Source of the DNA: an uncultured Opitutales bacterium | Lineage (GTDB): Bacteria > Verrucomicrobiota > Verrucomicrobiia > Opitutales > Intestinicryptomonadaceae | Reading direction: 5' to 3' | Assembly: GCA_934613415.1 (NCBI GenBank) | Contig: CAKTSY010000005.1 | Span: forward strand, 1-32,000 | Length of the DNA stretch: 32,000 nucleotides | In this document: in pieces, positions 26,944 through 32,000 of the stretch | Layout of the letters: each line of letters starts with the position of its first letter | Numbering within the stretch: the first letter of the stretch is position 1 | The notes under the pieces: model-generated | Told to the model about the DNA's origin: nothing | Database searches by the model: none | The model's input: only the letters and a program-made list of their open reading frames with translations | Position numbers and translations under genes: made by a program

Positions 26944-27909
26944 TTATTTTCCCTTCTTTGTAGAGGCTAACATACACAAATACAACACTGCCATTCTTAC
27001 GGCAACGCCGTTTGTAACCTGCTCTAAAATAACCGAACGCGACGAGTCGGCAAGCTCGCTGTCTAGCTCTACACCTCTGTTTATCGGCCCGGGGTGCATA
27101 ATAATTGCATTTTTCTTAAGGTAGCCTTCTCTAAGCTTATTAAGCCCGAAAATAGACGCATATTCGCCTATAGACGGGAAGTGTATAAACGACTGTCTTT
27201 CGTGCTGTATTCTTAAAAGCATAACAACGTCGGCGTCGGAAATGGCTTCTTTTAGGTTGTGTACAACTTTTACCCCCATTTGCTCGAACATTTTGGGAAC
27301 AAGAGTTGAAGGCCCTGCCAGCGTAAGATTTACACCCTGCTTTTTAAGCGCGTAAATGTTCGAGCGCGCAACGCGGCTAAACAGAATGTCGCCTAAAATT
27401 GTAACGTTTTTGCCCTTTAAATTTTTGCCCAAATGCTGGCGCATTGTAAAAGAGTCTAGCAAAGCCTGCGTCGGGTGTGCGTGCGCACCGTCGCCCGCGT
27501 TTATTACGGGAACTTTCACCCTTTTCGAAAGATACTCGGCAGCTCCCGCCGCGCTGTGGCGCATAATAATCATATCGGTGCTCAGAGCCTCTATATTGCG
27601 TGCGGTGTCCCTTAAAGTTTCGCCCTTAACTATCGACGATGTACCCCCCGCAATAGAGATTACATCGGCACCCAACCTGTGGGCCGCCATTTCGAAAGCC
27701 GTGCGCGTTCTGGTGCTAGGCTCTAAAAACAAATTAACAATAGTCTTGCCCTGAAGGAACGGAAGCTTGCAGCCGTCTTCCTTTATAAGAGCCTTAAAAA
27801 GCTCGGCCAGCGAAAATATTTGCTCCATTTCGGAAAGGCTTAAACTTTCTATGTCGGTTAAATCTTTCCTAGTCCAATTTATATTTTTAAAAAAATCGGT
27901 ATTTATCAT
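26944..27909 (-). CDS. pyrB: Aspartate carbamoyltransferase catalytic subunit
   Basis: 321 aa. Motifs: PSTRTR, HPTQALLD and MHPGPINRG. No pyrI is adjacent. Confidence 0.93.
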   Translation of the reverse strand: MINTDFFKNINWTRKDLTDIESLSLSEMEQIFSLAELFKALIKEDGCKLPFLQGKTIVNLFLEPSTRTRTAFEMAAHRLGADVISIAGGTSSIVKGETLRDTARNIEALSTDMIIMRHSAAGAAEYLSKRVKVPVINAGDGAHAHPTQALLDSFTMRQHLGKNLKGKNVTILGDILFSRVARSNIYALKKQGVNLTLAGPSTLVPKMFEQMGVKVVHNLKEAISDADVVMLLRIQHERQSFIHFPSIGEYASIFGLNKLREGYLKKNAIIMHPGPINRGVELDSELADSSRSVILEQVTNGVAVRMAVLYLCMLASTKKGK

Positions 27910-27965
27910 AAAAACAAACTGTGCTTTACATAAATATAAAAGGGCAAAAGCCGCCTCTTGTAAAG

Positions 27966-30203
27966 CTACTTTTTAGCGTTTTGCAGCGCGTTTTTATAAC
28001 TTTGCAAATCGTCTACAATTTCGGCCGAGGCAATTTCTTCGGCAAAATATTCGCTATATGGGGCTTGCAAAAACCTGCAGCAGTGCAAAACAACCGTTGC
28101 CCTTTGCTCGGGGCTGCGCACAAGCCTGCCTATTGCCTGCTTTATCTTGGCCGCCGCCTTTTTTGAATATACCTCGTTAAAAGCCTGCTGCTTTGGCATA
28201 TTTTGACCAATAAGCAAATCCATTTTTGCGTTGCCAACCGCGTTTAGTTCCGAAAGCCCTACGCCTACAACCACGGCGGTGTCTACCGCACCGCCAAGCA
28301 AATCTACACTTTCCGAATACGAGCTTGCCAAAACCAAAAACAGCGCGTTGCTCTTTGCAAGCGACTCTTTTATAAATTCAACCTGCTGCAAATAGGGCAA
28401 ATTTTTGCGCTGCACGGCAACTTTTATTTGCGGATAAATGCGGCTTAAAGCATCGGCAATGGCGTAGGCGTATTCATACGAAGCAAAAAAAACGGCAACG
28501 GGCTTTTTAGAAGCTTTTACCGCCTCAAAAACCCTGTTTGCGGTGTCTTCGTAAAACAACGCCCTTGTTCTTGCGCTTGTGTTTACGCTTTTGTCTACAA
28601 TATATCTAAAACACGTTTTTAGCCAGTTGGCCCGAGCTTTAACCAAGCATATTTCGTTGTACACATTGTCTATGTCGCTTGCGCTTAAAAGCAGCGTTTT
28701 TTTAAAGCTGTCTAACACCGAAGAAACCGCGGCAACTGCGTCTATGCAATCTATTTTTAGTGTTTCGCCGTCACACGTCCACAAATACCGCACATAGCCA
28801 AAACTGCATAGCTTGTTCAAAAAGCACAAATTCCACAAAACCTTTTTGGCGGGGATTGCAAATTCCTCCAAATTTATCCTGTAAAGATTGTCTACAATTT
28901 GCAAAAGGCAGCTTTTTACGGCTTCAACACTTTCGACAGACAGCATTCCCCTTGCCCCGAACACAATTTCCATAAGCTGCTCTATTGCCGCGCGCAGGCT
29001 TGAATTGTCGAAAATCAACGCCGTCCTTAAAACGGAAAGCTCGAACATGGAAATTTGCCCCGAATATGCAGATTGGGTTCTTTCCAGCAAATTGTGGGCT
29101 TCGTCTACAATAAGCATTGTTTTTTTGGGGTTAAAAAGCTCTATGTTTTCAAGCACCGAGCTTACCGAAGGCGAAAAGATATAATTGTAGTCGCAAACCC
29201 ATATTTGCGCATAGGGCAATAACGCCTGCGAAATCGCATAGGGGCAAACCCCGTATTCTGCGGCATTGCCCCTTATTTTTTCGAGCGAAGAAAATGCCCC
29301 ATTAAAATAGTTTTTGTGCGAAAAAGTAAATTCGCCGCTTTGCGGCGCATATTCTATTTGGCAGTCTTCGCAATCAAAGCAGTATTTGCCGTTTAAAAGG
29401 TGTTCGGTGCGGTTTCTTAGCTGGAAAACTTTTGGATATTCTGCGTTTTTCAAAAACTTTTTCAGCTCGCCAATAAGCTGTATTTGCCCGCTGCTTTTCG
29501 AGCTAAGGCACACCGCCCTTTCTATTTTGCCGTCGCGCAAAAGCCCCAACATTGCGTCGAATGCTATTGCCGTTTTGCCGAACGCCGTAAAGGCTTTTAA
29601 CGAAACAACCCTGTTGTTTTTAAGGGCTTCTTTAAGATTGTCTATTGTCTCTTTTTGCCCCTCGCGCAATGTTTTAAACGGCAGTGTTATGCCCAGAGTT
29701 TCCGCCGTTTTAGTTGCCGTTTGCAACTCTACAAAATACTCTACAAACTCGGCGGCTCTTTGCATAACCGCATTTTCGGGGCTTTCGTTTACGGCAAATT
29801 TTTGGCGGTTGCCAGTGTCGGTATTTATATATAGCAATTCGCCCGAACACCTGCATTTTTTAGAGAGTGCCAATAGATATACACAAAGCTGCACTTTGTG
29901 CTGCAATTCGTAGCCGTCTAAGGGGAACTGCCTTCGGGTTGTCTTAATCTCCCTTACAACAAAAAAATCCCCCTCGTCGAAAATCTCGTCGGCCTTGCCC
30001 GTAAGAGTAAAATGCCAGCCTTTGCATTCAAATTGTGCCTTAAGCGAAACTTCGAACATAGCGTTTTGCGCCGTTTGAGAATCTTCAATACGCAAAGCCT
30101 TGTGCCAATAGTTGCCCAAATAGGTAGCCCATAGCGACGCTTTTGCGCTTTCTTTGCCCGAATGCAAAGAAAAATCGAACGCCGAAAATTCTCCGGCGCT
30201 CAT
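27966..30203 (-). CDS. Fusion protein: N-terminal RecB-type PD-(D/E)xK nuclease domain plus XPD/DinG-type (Rad3-like) Fe-S SF2 helicase
   Basis: Nuclease core: GKADEI...VVREIKTT (D83, E96, K98 in ORF-track numbering; nt 29943-29990) and QLCVY, a QxxxY motif (29877-29891). Helicase: Walker A AFTAFGKT (29571-29594), a Cys cluster CFDCEDC...CPY...VCDYNY (29193-29381), DEAH (29094-29105, checked on the DNA) and motif VI QAIGRLVR (28116-28139). The track ORF begins at a TTG (30236). I prefer the ATG at 30201-30203 (MSAGEF), which has the A-rich leader seen at other starts. Confidence 0.8.
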   Translation of the reverse strand: MSAGEFSAFDFSLHSGKESAKASLWATYLGNYWHKALRIEDSQTAQNAMFEVSLKAQFECKGWHFTLTGKADEIFDEGDFFVVREIKTTRRQFPLDGYELQHKVQLCVYLLALSKKCRCSGELLYINTDTGNRQKFAVNESPENAVMQRAAEFVEYFVELQTATKTAETLGITLPFKTLREGQKETIDNLKEALKNNRVVSLKAFTAFGKTAIAFDAMLGLLRDGKIERAVCLSSKSSGQIQLIGELKKFLKNAEYPKVFQLRNRTEHLLNGKYCFDCEDCQIEYAPQSGEFTFSHKNYFNGAFSSLEKIRGNAAEYGVCPYAISQALLPYAQIWVCDYNYIFSPSVSSVLENIELFNPKKTMLIVDEAHNLLERTQSAYSGQISMFELSVLRTALIFDNSSLRAAIEQLMEIVFGARGMLSVESVEAVKSCLLQIVDNLYRINLEEFAIPAKKVLWNLCFLNKLCSFGYVRYLWTCDGETLKIDCIDAVAAVSSVLDSFKKTLLLSASDIDNVYNEICLVKARANWLKTCFRYIVDKSVNTSARTRALFYEDTANRVFEAVKASKKPVAVFFASYEYAYAIADALSRIYPQIKVAVQRKNLPYLQQVEFIKESLAKSNALFLVLASSYSESVDLLGGAVDTAVVVGVGLSELNAVGNAKMDLLIGQNMPKQQAFNEVYSKKAAAKIKQAIGRLVRSPEQRATVVLHCCRFLQAPYSEYFAEEIASAEIVDDLQSYKNALQNAKK

Positions 30204-30237
30204 TTTAATTTTTTTTGCCTTTAAGTTTATGTCCAAC

Positions 30238-31317
30238 TTAGAACTTCGAAACGCTGTCTATGGCGGCGGCATCCCTTTCTTCGGCCTGCGTTTTGTAAAG
30301 CTCTTCCATATACTTTCTCAGCATTTTGTCGAAACGAGCGTCTATAACCAAAAGCCCCGCGGGAACATTTGATTTGTTCAATACAAGCTTTGCCCTTAAC
30401 GCGCCGTCGCTGCTAATGTAGTTAAAGCCGAACGCCGTGTTTTCCTGATTGGGAATTTCGCCCATAATGCGAAGCTCTTTGCCCTTTAAGTCTTCAACGC
30501 TTTTTACTGCAACCGAATCTATGGAGGAGGCCGCCTTTAGGTTTTGCTCGTTTTTTGCCGCGTTTTTAAGAGCCTTTTGCTTTGCCCTTTCCTTGTAGTT
30601 TAATTTTGCGGTCTTTTCGGCGGCGCGCTTGCGGTCTTTTTCCACTTCGCTTTTATAGCGCGCAAAAGACTTTTGCCTTTCGTCTGAAATTATAGATGTT
30701 CTTAAATCTGCCGAATAGCCCGAGGCTTTTGCAACGCTTTCGGGAACAACAAATTCTATTATTCTGCTTCTTGGCTTCGGCAAAACCGCCATTAGCTGCG
30801 CAAGCGCAGGATCCGACGAAACGTAGGTTTTTGCGTCGTCTTCCGAAGACATATCGTCTTTCTTTATAAAGTTGTTTGTGGCAACCCATGCGGTGCCCTG
30901 CGCGCGTTTCGAAATCATTGCCATCATAAGCCTTGCCAACTCTTCGGGATACATAACAGGATAGCGCGTGTAATACTCCATAACCGAAACGTCTTTGTAG
31001 TATACAACGTGAAGCTCCCAGCCGTCCAAATCGTTCTGCTTTAGAATGTCTGAAGACGTTGCAGCCGCCAAGTCAGGTCTTTTAAAATAAAACTGGTGCG
31101 TGATTTCCTTCGGCATAAGAAGCAGCATATTTTTATATGGCAATTCTGCAACTTCCCTGTCTCTTTCTTCGGGTTTGTCGTATAAAATGCAGCCGCCGCT
31201 TTTCATTAAAAGACGGTTTTCCAAAAGCTTTCTATTTTCGCCAATCTTTGCAAAAAGGCCAACAACGGCAAATGCCATAAGAAAAGTTGCTATAAGTTTT
31301 TTCATACAAAACAGCAT
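30238..31317 (-). CDS. Exported protein of unknown function with a central Lys/Ala/Glu-rich helical segment
   Basis: 359 aa. The signal peptide is best read from the second ATG at 31303-31305 (MKKLIATFLMAFAVVGLFA|K). The charged, probably coiled segment spans aa 211-262 (nt 30532-30687). I recognise no family motif. Confidence 0.5.
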   Translation of the reverse strand: MLFCMKKLIATFLMAFAVVGLFAKIGENRKLLENRLLMKSGGCILYDKPEERDREVAELPYKNMLLLMPKEITHQFYFKRPDLAAATSSDILKQNDLDGWELHVVYYKDVSVMEYYTRYPVMYPEELARLMMAMISKRAQGTAWVATNNFIKKDDMSSEDDAKTYVSSDPALAQLMAVLPKPRSRIIEFVVPESVAKASGYSADLRTSIISDERQKSFARYKSEVEKDRKRAAEKTAKLNYKERAKQKALKNAAKNEQNLKAASSIDSVAVKSVEDLKGKELRIMGEIPNQENTAFGFNYISSDGALRAKLVLNKSNVPAGLLVIDARFDKMLRKYMEELYKTQAEERDAAAIDSVSKF

Positions 31318-31389
31318 AATCGGCGCGCGGGTTTTATTGCAACAAAAAAGATAGTTGAAAAATTTTTGCCCTGCCCTTTTATTTAGACA

Positions 31390-32000
31390 ATGGAAAAACT
31401 ACCTGTAGAGGGATTAAAAGAGCGCATATTGTCGGACTTAAAAGCCGGCGTAAACCGCTTTGTTATAAGCGCGCCAACGGCCTCGGGCAAGTCCACAAAG
31501 CTGCCGCAAATATTCGCCGAAAGCGAAAAAATTAAAGGGCAGATAATTGTGCTGCAGCCCCGCAGAATTGCGGCGCGCTTTTTGGCAAAAACGGTGGCAC
31601 AACAAATGGGAGCAACCCTCGGCAAAGAGGTAGGCTGGAACATACGCTTCGACAAAAACTGCTCTGCCGAAAGCAAAATCGTGTTCGAAACCGAAGGCAT
31701 TTTGGCGCGCCAGCTTTTAAGCGAAAAAGCCATGCAAAATGTAAGCGCGGTAATTTTAGACGAATTTCACGAAAGGAATTTATACTCCGACATATCGCTT
31801 GCCCTTGCAAAAAAGCTACAAAACGAAAAACGGCAAGACTTGGTTATAGCTGTATGCTCGGCATCTATGGACGACGAAGCCCTGTGCGACTATTTCGGCA
31901 AAGACACCTGCACAAAGCTTGAATGTTCGTCGCGCCTATACGATGTAGACATTCTATATGCCCCAAAAAAATCGGCAGAAGACAAGGTTTGGGATATGGC
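31390..32000 (+). CDS. hrpB: DEAH-box ATP-dependent helicase HrpB-like (5' part, runs off the window)
   Basis: My own translation from the ATG at 31390: MEKLPVEGLKERILSDLKAGVNRFVISAPTASGKSTKLPQ...VLQPRRIAAR...ILDEFHERN. This gives Walker A and a DEFH motif II in HrpA/HrpB-type order. It is absent from the ORF track, presumably because no stop lies in the window. Confidence 0.8.
   Translation, partial: MEKLPVEGLKERILSDLKAGVNRFVISAPTASGKSTKLPQIFAESEKIKGQIIVLQPRRIAARFLAKTVAQQMGATLGKEVGWNIRFDKNCSAESKIVFETEGILARQLLSEKAMQNVSAVILDEFHERNLYSDISLALAKKLQNEKRQDLVIAVCSASMDDEALCDYFGKDTCTKLECSSRLYDVDILYAPKKSAEDKVWDM

Noticed and set aside
27966-32000. Reading the nuclease-helicase, exported protein and hrpB region as a phage-defence island
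   Set aside because: There is no methyltransferase, integrase, transposase, toxin-like partner, flanking tRNA or repeat, and no visible compositional shift. The gene sits 56 nt upstream of pyrB among core genes. I keep it as an unusual enzyme architecture, not as a defence system.
1-32000. Search for tRNA, rRNA, CRISPR arrays, riboswitches (TPP near thiL, T-box before serS, pyr attenuator before pyrB), IS elements and long dispersed repeats
   Set aside because: The intergenic regions are too short and too A/T-rich to hold tRNA or riboswitch folds. thiL has no leader because it overlaps the upstream gene. The serS and pyrB leaders are only 78 and 56 nt, with no conserved boxes that I recognise. 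I saw no repeat-spacer periodicity or terminal inverted repeats.

Overview
This looks like an ordinary bacterial core-genome window, densely packed with 27 protein-coding genes, one of them partial at the right edge. I found no rRNA, tRNA, CRISPR array, integrase, transposase or phage gene. Most genes are recognisable housekeeping functions: tkt, mrp/apbC, proC, nadA, an MFS sugar transporter with a ROK kinase, pta, a UvrD-family helicase, aroQ, a Nif3-family protein, serS, class I fumarase, thiL, pyrC, pyrB and hrpB. Clean hairpin plus T-run terminators sit between most transcription units, several of them bidirectional between convergent genes. No gene start has a Shine-Dalgarno motif; all are preceded by A/T-rich sequence, which suggests an SD-poor lineage, but I cannot name the organism. 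I see no convincing defence island or mobile element. The least ordinary items are: (1) a 756-codon ORF fusing a RecB-type PD-(D/E)xK nuclease domain to an XPD/DinG-type Fe-S helicase, directly downstream of an orphan exported protein and divergent from hrpB; (2) several unrecognised exported or lipoproteins with internal repeats; (3) a flavin-reductase-like gene tightly coupled to a 523-aa exported protein; (4) a CPBP intramembrane protease inside a pyrB-pyrC-thiL operon; (5) a 640-bp ORF-free, very A+T-rich stretch at the left edge with exact short repeats and a perfect 24-bp palindrome. All functional calls rest on motif recognition from the translated ORFs; no database search was possible.
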